From Pirellulaceae bacterium (GTDB lineage Bacteria > Planctomycetota > Planctomycetia > Pirellulales > Pirellulaceae): a DNA stretch of 64,000 nucleotides. Under the pieces are notes generated by a model, which had not been told where the DNA came from, made no database searches, and worked only from the letters and a program-made list of their open reading frames with translations. The position numbers were made by a program, and so were the translations under genes. Below, piece after piece: positions 39,400 to 49,299 of the stretch. The stretch is taken from NCBI GenBank assembly GCA_041748315.1, contig JBGTDM010000087.1, forward strand, positions 3,502 through 67,501, written 5' to 3'. The first letter of the stretch is position 1, and each line of letters starts with the position of its first letter.

Positions 39400-40068
39400 T
39401 TATTTCAGCTGATTCCAGGATATCGAATCCATTTCAGGATACTTGGTATTTAGAACCTCCTTAAGCCGCAGTAATGCACGCGACCAGAGTTTTCGTGCAG
39501 CATCCTCGCCGGTGCCAAAAAATTCACCAATTTCACCGAAACTCATTTCCTGCCAGTTTCGCATCTCGATGACTTTTTGGTAATTCGGTGGCAAATCTGA
39601 AAGTGCATTTTGGACCATTCGGAACTGCTCATGTTGTGAAGACAACGTCGCCGGCGTCTCCATTGGATCGACTAACGATATTTTTGGACCCGAGGACCCT
39701 TCGATTGGAATCTCGGCATTCGTTTGTCGTCGAGCCGTCCCTTTAAACCGTCGACGGGCATCGATCAGGTCATGTCGCAGAATCTGTCGCACCCAACCTT
39801 GCAATGCATCGATTGATTTCCCCTGAAATTCGGCAAATTTTCGGTGAGCAACGATCAACGCGCTTTGCACCAGGTCGGAAGCCCCGAATTTTGCTTGCAG
39901 ATCACGATCAACTTCTTGGTTGGCGATCAAAAGCAGGTAGGTGCGGAGACTTTCGACCACGTTGGCAACTGCCTCGGCATCTCCAGCGATGGCACGTTGC
40001 AACAATTCCTCGAAATCACTACCTCGCTGGCGCGGAATGTCATCATTCGACTTGGCTTCGTCTGGCAT
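39400..40068 (-). CDS. ECF-type RNA polymerase sigma factor (kinase-associated type)
   Basis: Sigma-70 region 2 (DLVQSALIVAHRKF..WVRQILRHDLIDARRR) and region 4 (LPPNYQKVIEMRNWQEMSFGEIGEFFG..ARKLWSRALLRLKE). It lies directly upstream of the kinase gene. Confidence 0.85.
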   Translation of the reverse strand: MPDEAKSNDDIPRQRGSDFEELLQRAIAGDAEAVANVVESLRTYLLLIANQEVDRDLQAKFGASDLVQSALIVAHRKFAEFQGKSIDALQGWVRQILRHDLIDARRRFKGTARRQTNAEIPIEGSSGPKISLVDPMETPATLSSQHEQFRMVQNALSDLPPNYQKVIEMRNWQEMSFGEIGEFFGTGEDAARKLWSRALLRLKEVLNTKYPEMDSISWNQLK

Positions 40069-40538
40069 AAGTCAGGTTCTGGGGCGGAATGAAACGCGAA
40101 CGGCAAATGGCCAAAGGAAACGAGAAAAGACCAATATACCATTATGATGGCCAAATGTGTTTAAATCATTGCCGATTAAGGCCGATCCACTTCGATCTTT
40201 GGGGATTTGCCCCTTTTGAGAATGCTTCTTCACAGATGGTACGGCCGCGCGGCTTTATGGAGCGTGAAATGACTTCTTTCGCAACGCAGCCTCTCAGAAT
40301 TTACCCCAAATGGTGGCTGATGCTCTTTGATTGATGCTTGATTATTGTCTCAGGCAAGCCCATGACCACGTGTTCGGTTGTATGGGGCACGGGCATCGCC
40401 GATTTTAACACGTTCATTGAATTACCAGCACCGAGCAAGAGTCCAGCATCGCGGAGTTTGGGGGGATGGCAAGGCGGGATCGTGGAAGCACCGCCGCCGC
40501 AGACGTTGTTACGAACGCGGCTCGGTTTGTCGAATGAT

Positions 40539-41927
40539 TTAGCCGTGAGCAAAGTAATTTTGAACGGCCAAGTCTAAAGTTTGTTGATTGACCGTCAATG
40601 GCTTTTCATGGAATTCGCAGAAGTCGCGGATTTGTTTGAGCAAGTCATCGACATGACTGAATCTCATTTTGCGGTCAATGTCCAAATATGCCGTTTTGAC
40701 CAGATAGTCCACCCATTCATCTTCAACATTAAAGCCAAACGACCGTGCGCGCGTTTTGAAGAGCTCGCTGAACTGTTCGGGAGTTGGGTCACCGATAAGG
40801 ACTTTGTACGGGATGCGACGCAGGAATGCCTCATCGACAATATTTCTGGGACTGAGGTTAGTGGCGAAAATCAACAACTGATCGAACGGGACTTGAACCT
40901 GTCGCCCTGATGGGAGGCAAATGTAATCGTATCGCGACTCCATCGGTACAATCCAGCGATTGAGCAGTCCAACAGGGCTGATTCGTTGGCGACCGAAGTC
41001 ATCAACCACCAGACAACCACAGTTGCTTTTGAGGTGAAATGGAGCCTCGACAATCCCGGTCACTGGATTGTTTGTCGCTTCCAGATGGCTAAGTGCCAAT
41101 TCACCGCCCACGGTGATAACTGGACGACGGATGCGAACCCACCGCTCATCGATTCCACGTTCTTCCAGGAGACCGGTGGATTGTGGCAACGGACATGGTT
41201 CGTGAACCATTGGGTCGAACAGGCGGATGATCTCTCCGCCGACAACCAGAGTACGCGGAATCCAGATGTACGGGCTAAGTGCCCTCACCAAACGCTTGGC
41301 AATGCTTGATTTTCCGTTTCCGGGAGGACCATAAAGAAACAGGCTTGAGCCACTGCTCAATGCCTGTCCAACTTGGCTAATGATCATTGGGTTGACTGTC
41401 AAGTCACTCAAGGCCTGGCGGACCTGGTCGTAAGTGGGCCGCAGGTTTTGGAGCGACTGAATCTTCACCGCTTGTTGATAGTCGGCCAAACTCACGGGGG
41501 ATGAGCCACAAAACGTGCATTGTTTCATGCTCTCACGAGCCTGATCGATCCCCTTTGCGGTCAACTCATATTGATAGTCTCCTCCCATCGATGAACCTCG
41601 ATAGCCAATCAGAAGTTGATTGCGCAACGAGAGCAGCAGCGGCTCGACAATCAGAAACGAAAGCTTGATTTGGTTGGCGATTCCGCGACCCGTATGCGTC
41701 CCACGAATATAGAGGAACCGAAGTATGATTCGGAAGACATCCATTTCCTCAAGCGAGGCCGCCTCGAGTGTTTGAGGTTGCACTGGAATGAACTCATCAG
41801 GCTTGTCGAACGATTGAACCGAGGCCCGTTTGGTTTCACCCGGTGCCGATTGATTGGGGACGGACAGGTTGCCTGGAACCGAGATTGTCGAGAATTCGGA
41901 GGCGTTGTTTGAATCAATTGTTTCCAT
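40539..41927 (-). CDS. AAA+ ATPase with N-terminal helical/wHTH-like domain
   Basis: Walker A LYGPPGNGKSS, Walker B CLVVDDFG, sensor-1 IFATN, and an Arg-finger-like DEAFLRRI. Confidence 0.7.
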   Translation of the reverse strand: METIDSNNASEFSTISVPGNLSVPNQSAPGETKRASVQSFDKPDEFIPVQPQTLEAASLEEMDVFRIILRFLYIRGTHTGRGIANQIKLSFLIVEPLLLSLRNQLLIGYRGSSMGGDYQYELTAKGIDQARESMKQCTFCGSSPVSLADYQQAVKIQSLQNLRPTYDQVRQALSDLTVNPMIISQVGQALSSGSSLFLYGPPGNGKSSIAKRLVRALSPYIWIPRTLVVGGEIIRLFDPMVHEPCPLPQSTGLLEERGIDERWVRIRRPVITVGGELALSHLEATNNPVTGIVEAPFHLKSNCGCLVVDDFGRQRISPVGLLNRWIVPMESRYDYICLPSGRQVQVPFDQLLIFATNLSPRNIVDEAFLRRIPYKVLIGDPTPEQFSELFKTRARSFGFNVEDEWVDYLVKTAYLDIDRKMRFSHVDDLLKQIRDFCEFHEKPLTVNQQTLDLAVQNYFAHG

Positions 41928-42149
41928 GTGTAACTCGTAAAACTGACATGACTGTCACAAGCTAATCGTGATTGCTGCGGGTGCCTGTTAGTTGTGAATT
42001 CGACCGATCGCAGAGATTTCTTCAACCTAACCATGGTTGATGGAATCACGCCGCTGATTCATCAATAAAACTGGCCTCTTCGGAATAATTAGAAGGCATT
42101 TCGTCAACTGTGGGCTATGCTCCATAGAGCGCAATCGAGGGAATACCAA

Positions 42150-42917
42150 ATGATTCATGCACGCCAATTGAAAAAGTCGTATAGCGATCCGTTGGTGGGA
42201 GAATTTATGGCTGTCGATTCGATAAGTTTCGACGCGCTCCCCGGACAGATTTTCGGACTGTTGGGTCCCAATGGTGCAGGCAAAACGACCGTCTTGCGCA
42301 TTCTAAGTACATTGTTGAAACCAAGTTCCGGAACGGTAACAGTCAATGGTTTTGACGTCGTTAAGCAAGCTGAACAGGTTCGTTATCAGCTGGGTTTTGT
42401 TTCCAATAATACCGCGATTTATGATCGAATGACCGGTTGGGAAATGGTAAGACATTTTGGGCGGCTCTACGGAATGACCGAGTCGACACTCGATCAACGG
42501 ATGGAAACGTTATTCAAGCGATTTCACATGGAGCGATTACGTAACTTGTTGGGCGCAAAAATGTCCACCGGGATGAAACAAAAAGTCTCAATCGCTCGGG
42601 CGCTAATTCACGATCCCCCCGTGCTGATCTTCGATGAGGCAACGTCGGGACTGGATATTTTGGCAGCGCGCGAAGTCCTTGATACGGTTCAATTATTACG
42701 TGATCAGGGGAAATGCATCGTGTTCTCCTCACACATTATGAGCGAGGTCAAACGGATCTGTGACCGAGTCGCAATCATGCACCGTGGGCAGATTCTTGAC
42801 TGCGGTACGATCGATGAATTGATTGTCAGCCACAAGCAACATGACTTGGAAGAATTGTTTTTCCAACTAGTCTCGGCGAGCGAACAAATGGAAACACCAA
42901 CCTCAACCGAATGTTGA
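42150..42917 (+). CDS. ABC transporter ATP-binding protein (ABC-2/NatA-like)
   Basis: Walker A GPNGAGKTT, signature MSTGMKQK, Walker B LIFDEATSGLD. The ATG at 42150 (MIHARQL) follows GAGGGAA. The ORF extends to 42117. Confidence 0.85.
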   Translation: MIHARQLKKSYSDPLVGEFMAVDSISFDALPGQIFGLLGPNGAGKTTVLRILSTLLKPSSGTVTVNGFDVVKQAEQVRYQLGFVSNNTAIYDRMTGWEMVRHFGRLYGMTESTLDQRMETLFKRFHMERLRNLLGAKMSTGMKQKVSIARALIHDPPVLIFDEATSGLDILAAREVLDTVQLLRDQGKCIVFSSHIMSEVKRICDRVAIMHRGQILDCGTIDELIVSHKQHDLEELFFQLVSASEQMETPTSTEC

Positions 42918-42920
42918 TCG

Positions 42921-45212
42921 ATGAACTGGAAAAACATCAAATTTATATTTCAACGCGAGATCATCGATCAACTGCGCGATCGCCGAACTCTGTTTACGAT
43001 TCTGGTGTTACCGTTGATTCTGTACCCACTTCTGGGGACGGTACTTCTGCAAACCGCTCAGTTTATGCATAAGACGCCGGCAACCGTTTGGGTCGTCGGA
43101 GCCGACCGATTGCCGCAAGCAATCAAACTTATTGAAGGAGATCGGTTTGTTGAGGGACTCGCCGATGTGGCCACCTTGAAAGCACTACAGGTTGAAACGA
43201 ATCAGGAAATGTCTCAAAACATTGAACAGACGATCCTGAAGCGGTGGACACGGCATGAATCCAACAATGCAGACGAGTTTAAACTTTCAAACCTCGATGT
43301 TGAGTTAAAACGCTGGATTCAAGAGAAAATGAACCTGCATCACATCGATGTCCTCCTCTGGGTTCCTATGGACTTTCGGCAGGCAGGTGACTCGATTATG
43401 GGCTCAGAGCCGACAATTTCAAACTTTCAAATCATCGTGAACTCGGCTCGCGACAAGTCACCATTGGCGGGTGCCGATGTCCATCGAATTTTGGGGAATT
43501 GGCGAGCGCAGCTAATTGAAGCAAACTTCACGGAACGAAAGCTTTCATTCAATCTGGCTTTCCCATTTGCGATCGAGGCAGTCGATGTCGTCGAGGGGTC
43601 GTTAAAGCAGGTTGCCGTGTGGGCGAAGATCCTACCGTTCGTCGTGATGTTATGGGCCTTAACGGGAGCCTTTTATCCTGCAATCGATCTCTGTGCCGGC
43701 GAAAAAGAGCGGGGAACGCTGGAGACGTTGTTGAGTAGCCCAGCAGCTCGATCCGAGATTGTACTTGGCAAATGGATGACCATCATGGTCTTCAGCGTTA
43801 GTAATGCCGTGTTGAATTTATTCAGTATGACGCTCACGGGTCTACTTGTGTTGAAAAACCTCAGTGGAGCCGCACCCGTGGGAGTCATCTCGCAAATTGG
43901 ACTCCCTCCAGTCAGCGCGATTCCGTGGATTGTCATCGGGTTGCTGCCGGTCGCCGCCATGTTCAGTGCACTCGCTTTAGCACTCGCGTCGTTTGCCAGA
44001 AGTTCTAAAGAGGGGCAATACTATTTGATTCCATTGTTAATGGCTTTGCTTCCCTTGATGATGCTTTCAATCATGCCCTCCACGTCCTTGGATTTAGGCA
44101 CCAGCTTTATTCCTGTGACCGGCATGATGTTACTGCTACGCAATATGATTGAGGGGAATCACGGACTGGTGCTGCAGTTTGCCTGCCCCGTCCTTGCAAC
44201 GACGATTGCCTGTTGCTGGTTGAGCGTGCGCTGGGCTGTGAGCCAATTCAATAACGAAAATGTCTTGTTTCGTTCCAGCGACCAATTTGGTGTGACGATT
44301 TGGTTCAAGCAAGTCATGCGCGATCGCGGAATGAAACCGGCAATTGGACATGCCGTGCTATGTTTCATCACCATTCTGATCGTCAAGTTCTTCCTTGGTC
44401 TAGCGGTGACGATGCCGGGCTCCTGGGGTGAGTTTGCCAAACAAATCCTGATTATTCAAATCGCTGCGATTGCCGTTCCAGCAATCTTAATGGCGGCGAT
44501 TTTAACGCGTTGCGCCAAAGATACATTACGGCTGAAGACAGCTCGTCCCGGAATCATGGCAGCGTCTGTTTTACTGGCAATCATGCTTTATCCCAGTCTG
44601 GCGTTCGTTGGTAAACTTGTCATGCACGTTTATCCGCCCAGCGCGGAATTGCAACTCCTGGAATTATCGCTTGGCGCCATCATTGATTCCGCGCCAGGAA
44701 TTATCGCAGTGTTGGTGGTGTTCGCACTGGTACCGGCCGTCTGTGAAGAGTTAGCCTTCCGAGGCTTCATGCTTTCTGGATTGGAATCCCTCCGCGGGCG
44801 CTGGTCGGCCGTGTTGTTGACAAGTCTGTTTTTCGGAGCGACCCATGCCGTGTTCCAGCAATCGATCATGGCATTTATCATTGGAGTGGTTTTAGGCGTG
44901 ATTGCCTTACGCACGGGAAGTATCCTCCCCTGTATCCTCTTTCATTTAACTCACAATGGTATGACGGTCGTCATGTCTCGGGTCCGTGGCCTCGCCTCAA
45001 GCGATTCTCCGTTTCGCTGGTTTTTGCAAGAGGTTGAAAGTGATGGTCGCGTTTATGTCGAATTCCAACCGATTGCCATCGTGGGCATGGCCATCTTGGC
45101 TACGTTACTGCTTGCATGGATCTGGAAACAAAAGCCACGCCAGGATTTAACTCACTCCGATCGCTCTCCTCAGTTTCCCGAAGAGCTTTTGATCTCAACC
45201 CACTCAAGATGA
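42921..45212 (+). CDS. ABC-2 permease fused to CPBP (CAAX-type) intramembrane metalloprotease domain
   Basis: The N-terminal ABC-2/NatB-like permease has a large extracytoplasmic loop. The C-terminal CPBP motifs are EELAFRGF, FFGATHA and HLTHN. Confidence 0.8.
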   Translation: MNWKNIKFIFQREIIDQLRDRRTLFTILVLPLILYPLLGTVLLQTAQFMHKTPATVWVVGADRLPQAIKLIEGDRFVEGLADVATLKALQVETNQEMSQNIEQTILKRWTRHESNNADEFKLSNLDVELKRWIQEKMNLHHIDVLLWVPMDFRQAGDSIMGSEPTISNFQIIVNSARDKSPLAGADVHRILGNWRAQLIEANFTERKLSFNLAFPFAIEAVDVVEGSLKQVAVWAKILPFVVMLWALTGAFYPAIDLCAGEKERGTLETLLSSPAARSEIVLGKWMTIMVFSVSNAVLNLFSMTLTGLLVLKNLSGAAPVGVISQIGLPPVSAIPWIVIGLLPVAAMFSALALALASFARSSKEGQYYLIPLLMALLPLMMLSIMPSTSLDLGTSFIPVTGMMLLLRNMIEGNHGLVLQFACPVLATTIACCWLSVRWAVSQFNNENVLFRSSDQFGVTIWFKQVMRDRGMKPAIGHAVLCFITILIVKFFLGLAVTMPGSWGEFAKQILIIQIAAIAVPAILMAAILTRCAKDTLRLKTARPGIMAASVLLAIMLYPSLAFVGKLVMHVYPPSAELQLLELSLGAIIDSAPGIIAVLVVFALVPAVCEELAFRGFMLSGLESLRGRWSAVLLTSLFFGATHAVFQQSIMAFIIGVVLGVIALRTGSILPCILFHLTHNGMTVVMSRVRGLASSDSPFRWFLQEVESDGRVYVEFQPIAIVGMAILATLLLAWIWKQKPRQDLTHSDRSPQFPEELLISTHSR

Positions 45213-46420
45213 CGGGCGCATTGGCCGAATAATTCGTCGTACGGATTACGGATATTGCTACTGATCGGGATTCGCAGAAATCGAGCCAACAGTCCTGGCT
45301 TAACGTCCCCGACATCCTGTTGAAGATCAAGTGCAATCGCACCATTCCAGGTCCCCATTCCTAAAATCGTTTGAGGTTCCAGCCAGGGAAACGTCTCGTT
45401 CATGCACTGAAGTTCTCGCCAAAGCGACAAGTCCGGGTTTGAGGCTCGCGAATCGGTTCCGACACCAACATTGATTCGTCGTTGCAGAAGTTGTTTCAGC
45501 GGATACTCGGAATGCTGGAAAAACCGGTGCGTCCGTGGACAGTATACGACCGTAAATTGAGGTTGTCGCGAAATGAAATCCATTTCCTGATCGGTCAGAT
45601 AGTTCCCATGAATGAGCAGACAACTCCGAGAGGATTGCAGCAAATTGAGATAATCGGCAATCGTCGTGCACGACATCGCATCCCCAGGAAACCACGCACC
45701 CAATTTCTTCAACAACGTGACAAACGGCCCGGACTGCGAACACAACAGGTCGATTTCAAGCGGTGTTTCGGCAAGATGCATTGCAAGCGGAACATCAAAA
45801 TTTATCGATTGACCTATTAATTGGCGCAGCAGACTCAATCCGACTGAATAGGGTGCATGGGGACTGATTCCAAAACGCCATGTTTGTGGAATCTGTGCAG
45901 AGTTACGGTTCAATTCATTCAGCAAATATTCAGTGCCTGCGACGATCGCATCTTCCCGGCGTGGATCGTTCCCCAGGCGTTCTATAAAAAACCTCCCTAG
46001 CAACCGTTCATCGATTCCGTTTGATTCAAGCAACCATGGGCTGGTCGCAACTTCTCCAACGGCGATGGTACCCGCCTCGATTGATTCCCGAATTCCATTT
46101 GGGATTGCGGTAAGCGCTGCTTCCGTTCGACCCAGTCGTTCGGCAATGACCAGTTCAATCCACCGCGTGAATTCGATTCCAGCGAAACCAAGTGGTTCGC
46201 TCAAATGACTGAATTCCAGGTGTGTATGCGCGTTGACTAAACCTGGAATCACAGCAACATCACCCAAATCGACCATTTGGGATTTTGATGCGGCATGTTT
46301 TTTGGTTGTATAGGCCTCGACACGACTGATTCGATTGCCGGACACGGTGATCACACCGTCGCGTATCGGCGAACGGCAACTGGGGACTACCCACTGAGCG
46401 CGCAGCGTAGACTCGATCAT
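45170..46420 (-). CDS. Amidohydrolase-family protein (deaminase/chlorohydrolase-like)
   Basis: Metal-binding VNAHTHLE. Later HG..L and GTDS segments. The start overlaps the upstream stop (ATGA at 46417-46420). Confidence 0.7.
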   Translation of the reverse strand: MIESTLRAQWVVPSCRSPIRDGVITVSGNRISRVEAYTTKKHAASKSQMVDLGDVAVIPGLVNAHTHLEFSHLSEPLGFAGIEFTRWIELVIAERLGRTEAALTAIPNGIRESIEAGTIAVGEVATSPWLLESNGIDERLLGRFFIERLGNDPRREDAIVAGTEYLLNELNRNSAQIPQTWRFGISPHAPYSVGLSLLRQLIGQSINFDVPLAMHLAETPLEIDLLCSQSGPFVTLLKKLGAWFPGDAMSCTTIADYLNLLQSSRSCLLIHGNYLTDQEMDFISRQPQFTVVYCPRTHRFFQHSEYPLKQLLQRRINVGVGTDSRASNPDLSLWRELQCMNETFPWLEPQTILGMGTWNGAIALDLQQDVGDVKPGLLARFLRIPISSNIRNPYDELFGQCARHLEWVEIKSSSGN

Positions 46421-47676
46421 TCAACCTCCCGCTCGGCAAGAATCGCAATTGAGGAAGAATGCCGACGCGTAATAAATAGCGTTCGTCGTTGGGTACCCAA
46501 TAATTTGAGTTTGGCGTATCGATGTTGAGTCGCCAAATCGATTCCCCGGCACTTAAACTCCAGATCACCGATATCGAAGGATCTCAACATGGACTCGATC
46601 CGTTTTCGATCTGCAGCGCACGAATCCATGATGCGAAACCGCGCAGCCAATCCATGGGAGATTTTCGAGCCGATCAAATAAGCGATGGCTGGGCTGACTC
46701 GTTTCAAACCAAACTGTCGAGCGAACTGGTCGAACAACCCCGATGCAATCAAGGTTGAGTGTACATCATAGATATAGGAATTGACCTCAATCTCTGAGGA
46801 AATGTCGGCGTCCAGCGGAATTTGATTTTGAACTGGGCAATATCCGCCATACTGGCTGAGAACTTCGCCGGAGTCGCCCACGACGGTGGCAACTCTTGCG
46901 TGCGTGCCATCGATCAAATCGCCAAACCAGCAAACCTGTTGCTTGGACTCGCGAGGATCGCCGATCCATTCACGTTGCAGATGGACTGGCGCGGCGAAAT
47001 TCAGTTTTGCGGCCGGGGCCAGCTTCAACGCGACGTGGGGATGTCTTGCGATGATGGACGTCACTTGATCCAGACGGGGTTCACAGTGTTCAGGATCAAC
47101 GGTTCGGATATCGGCCGGCCTTCGATCAGGATCAATATGAATCGAACAATTTTCAGCAAACCTCACGTCCGCGATATCGGCTTGTTTAACCTGTACCGAC
47201 AGTGGGCCGGTCTCGCGCGCACAAACTTGACAATTAGCCATAGCAAACAGGCATGAGACGCTATCCCGATCAACGGCCGTCGTCGGATACGACTCCGAAA
47301 ACGCGATAAGGTCACCTCCAATTCCGCAGCAGAGGTCGGCGACTTCAATGGCTGATTTAAAGCGATTCGACTTATACGTCGCCAGATTTTCTGACGTTGC
47401 CTGTTGTAACCCCTTCGCGGTGAAAAACATCTGATCATGCCTGTGGAATTTATGACGTGCACGATTACGCAGTTCGGACTGCTCGACGACCAAACGGGAT
47501 CGGCCAACAGAAATCTGTTGGCGTAGCCGTTGAAGCATTTTTAGAGTATCCACTCCCTGCTGCAAATCACTGCGACAGCGATCAAGCCAGATCACGGCGT
47601 CGTCGCTGATCAGCCAACGAATGTCGTGCAACTCTTGACGAGTCAAACCAAATTGCGCATTAGAATTGACTTTCAT
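46417..47676 (-). CDS. Class I SAM-dependent methyltransferase with C-terminal extension
   Basis: Motif I VADLCCGIGGDLIAF. The ATG at 47676 was verified in the sequence. Confidence 0.65.
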   Translation of the reverse strand: MKVNSNAQFGLTRQELHDIRWLISDDAVIWLDRCRSDLQQGVDTLKMLQRLRQQISVGRSRLVVEQSELRNRARHKFHRHDQMFFTAKGLQQATSENLATYKSNRFKSAIEVADLCCGIGGDLIAFSESYPTTAVDRDSVSCLFAMANCQVCARETGPLSVQVKQADIADVRFAENCSIHIDPDRRPADIRTVDPEHCEPRLDQVTSIIARHPHVALKLAPAAKLNFAAPVHLQREWIGDPRESKQQVCWFGDLIDGTHARVATVVGDSGEVLSQYGGYCPVQNQIPLDADISSEIEVNSYIYDVHSTLIASGLFDQFARQFGLKRVSPAIAYLIGSKISHGLAARFRIMDSCAADRKRIESMLRSFDIGDLEFKCRGIDLATQHRYAKLKLLGTQRRTLFITRRHSSSIAILAEREVE

Positions 47677-47933
47677 AGGCAGTGGAGTTCAATCGCCTGA
47701 ATCAACAGATTGAATCAGGAATCCTTACGGGTTATCTTGGGAACGATTACGAAATCGTTAATTGTCTGGCCGAACGAGGAAGCCCCTGGCGATCCATTCA
47801 CTTCGTTTCGGATAATTGCACCTTGCATCAATTCCACTCAAGAACGGTTGATGATCAAACATCCTCGTTGGAATCATTGTGATTCCGTTTGACGTCCGTC
47901 GTAGATTAACCAGAACAAATTGACAGTAAAAAC

Positions 47934-48344
47934 ATGGCGAATTACGAAGAGCATCTGTTGATCTACTTGAACCTTGCTCGGCACGCGAAACAAAAATTGC
48001 GGATGTCAGAGTATTATCGACTGATGATACTCTCTGCAACCGCCGCTTACGAGTTAGAGTTGAAGGGGATTTCAGCTTATTGTCGACAGTTAATTCTAAA
48101 GAACAATCCTGGACATATGATCGGCCGCTATCCGACGATGGATGAGGCCCGGGCGAACCCGGATTTCCAGTATTTTCTCTCTCAAGTGCGGAGACAGTTT
48201 CCGATCGAGTATGCGGAAACAGAGCTGGAAAAATTGGGAGTCGACTATCGTGACGATTTAGTCGATGCGGGGACGGTCGAAGCTTACTTAAGTGGACTCT
48301 TGGGAGTTGAATACGAGTGGATTCTTGAACATTTTGGTGATTGA
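47934..48344 (+). CDS. Hypothetical protein
   Basis: A 136-aa ORF with an ATG start. No motif recognised. Confidence 0.45.
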   Translation: MANYEEHLLIYLNLARHAKQKLRMSEYYRLMILSATAAYELELKGISAYCRQLILKNNPGHMIGRYPTMDEARANPDFQYFLSQVRRQFPIEYAETELEKLGVDYRDDLVDAGTVEAYLSGLLGVEYEWILEHFGD

Positions 48345-48465
48345 TTCAGTGTCCCGTGGCGTAGCGTTCACGACCTTTAAACATCAATTGAACGTCTCAA
48401 AGTGAAGCAGCGCAGGTTCATTCTGATGGATTTTGCAACGAAGCCGGATTCGTCGCTGCGTTCAT

Positions 48466-49299
48466 TTACGCGGCGCGGCGATCTGCTTCATTCGCGTCCG
48501 TCGTGCCATCCTCTGCGTGTTCGTCAAATTCCGGCTTGGGAAGACTGTGGTTGAGTTCCCATAGCCGAGCCTGCTTCATAAACGAGTAGAAAGCAGCCAT
48601 CCAAGCCAATTGCAATCCAGCTTTGCCGTCAAGGATTCCACCCTGCAAAATGTATTCTCGAAAGAATCGGAAAACCGGGCGAACAAAGAGTTTAAAATAG
48701 GAAGTCCTCTGCCCTTGCTCGTACCATTGATCGGCTTGAAGCGTCGTGTAACGATGGAATTTTAGAAAGAGCTGATCGTAGTTCCACACGCTATAATGGA
48801 GAAACCGACCTTGTAAAGTTTCCACATTACTTGTTGGAATCGTTACTTCACCATGATCACTCGGCCCTTCGTAAAATCCGATATCTCGCTTAAAAAGCCT
48901 CAAAACCGAATCGGTGCGAGCATCACCCCAGTGAAGGCGGTGTCCCATGAAGTGGTTATCGCGAAAAATCCAATACCCGTCCGCTTGTGGACCGCGCGAA
49001 AGTAATAGTTTTATTTCTTCGGCCAATTGCGTAGTCACTCGTTCGTCGGCGTCGACGATCAGCACCCATTCATGGGAAGCTTGCGGTATGGCCCAGTTTT
49101 TGAAATCACCCGAGGTCACATAATCGCGTTGAATGACTCGTACCTTTTCATACCGACGGACAATTTCCAAAGTCCGGTCTGACGATCCGGAATCAGCGAT
49201 CAAAATCTCGTCCGCGATCTCCCTGAAGCTTTCGATGCAGGCTCCGATGTTGTCTTGCTCATCTTTGCAAGGCACAATTACGGTTAGCGGACGGTACAC
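48466..49299 (-). CDS. Glycosyltransferase family 2
   Basis: VIVPCKDEQDNI.., ILIADSGSSDRT and VDADE (DxD-like). The GTG start is preceded by AGGAGA. Confidence 0.8.
   Translation of the reverse strand: MYRPLTVIVPCKDEQDNIGACIESFREIADEILIADSGSSDRTLEIVRRYEKVRVIQRDYVTSGDFKNWAIPQASHEWVLIVDADERVTTQLAEEIKLLLSRGPQADGYWIFRDNHFMGHRLHWGDARTDSVLRLFKRDIGFYEGPSDHGEVTIPTSNVETLQGRFLHYSVWNYDQLFLKFHRYTTLQADQWYEQGQRTSYFKLFVRPVFRFFREYILQGGILDGKAGLQLAWMAAFYSFMKQARLWELNHSLPKPEFDEHAEDGTTDANEADRRAA

Noticed and set aside
40301-40552. An 83-aa minus-strand ORF with a Gly/Cys/Pro-rich segment downstream of the AAA+ gene, considered as a possible small peptide or RiPP precursor.
   Set aside because: It overlaps the 3' end of the AAA+ CDS, and I see no RBS, leader/core architecture or maturation enzyme genes. 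The evidence is insufficient.
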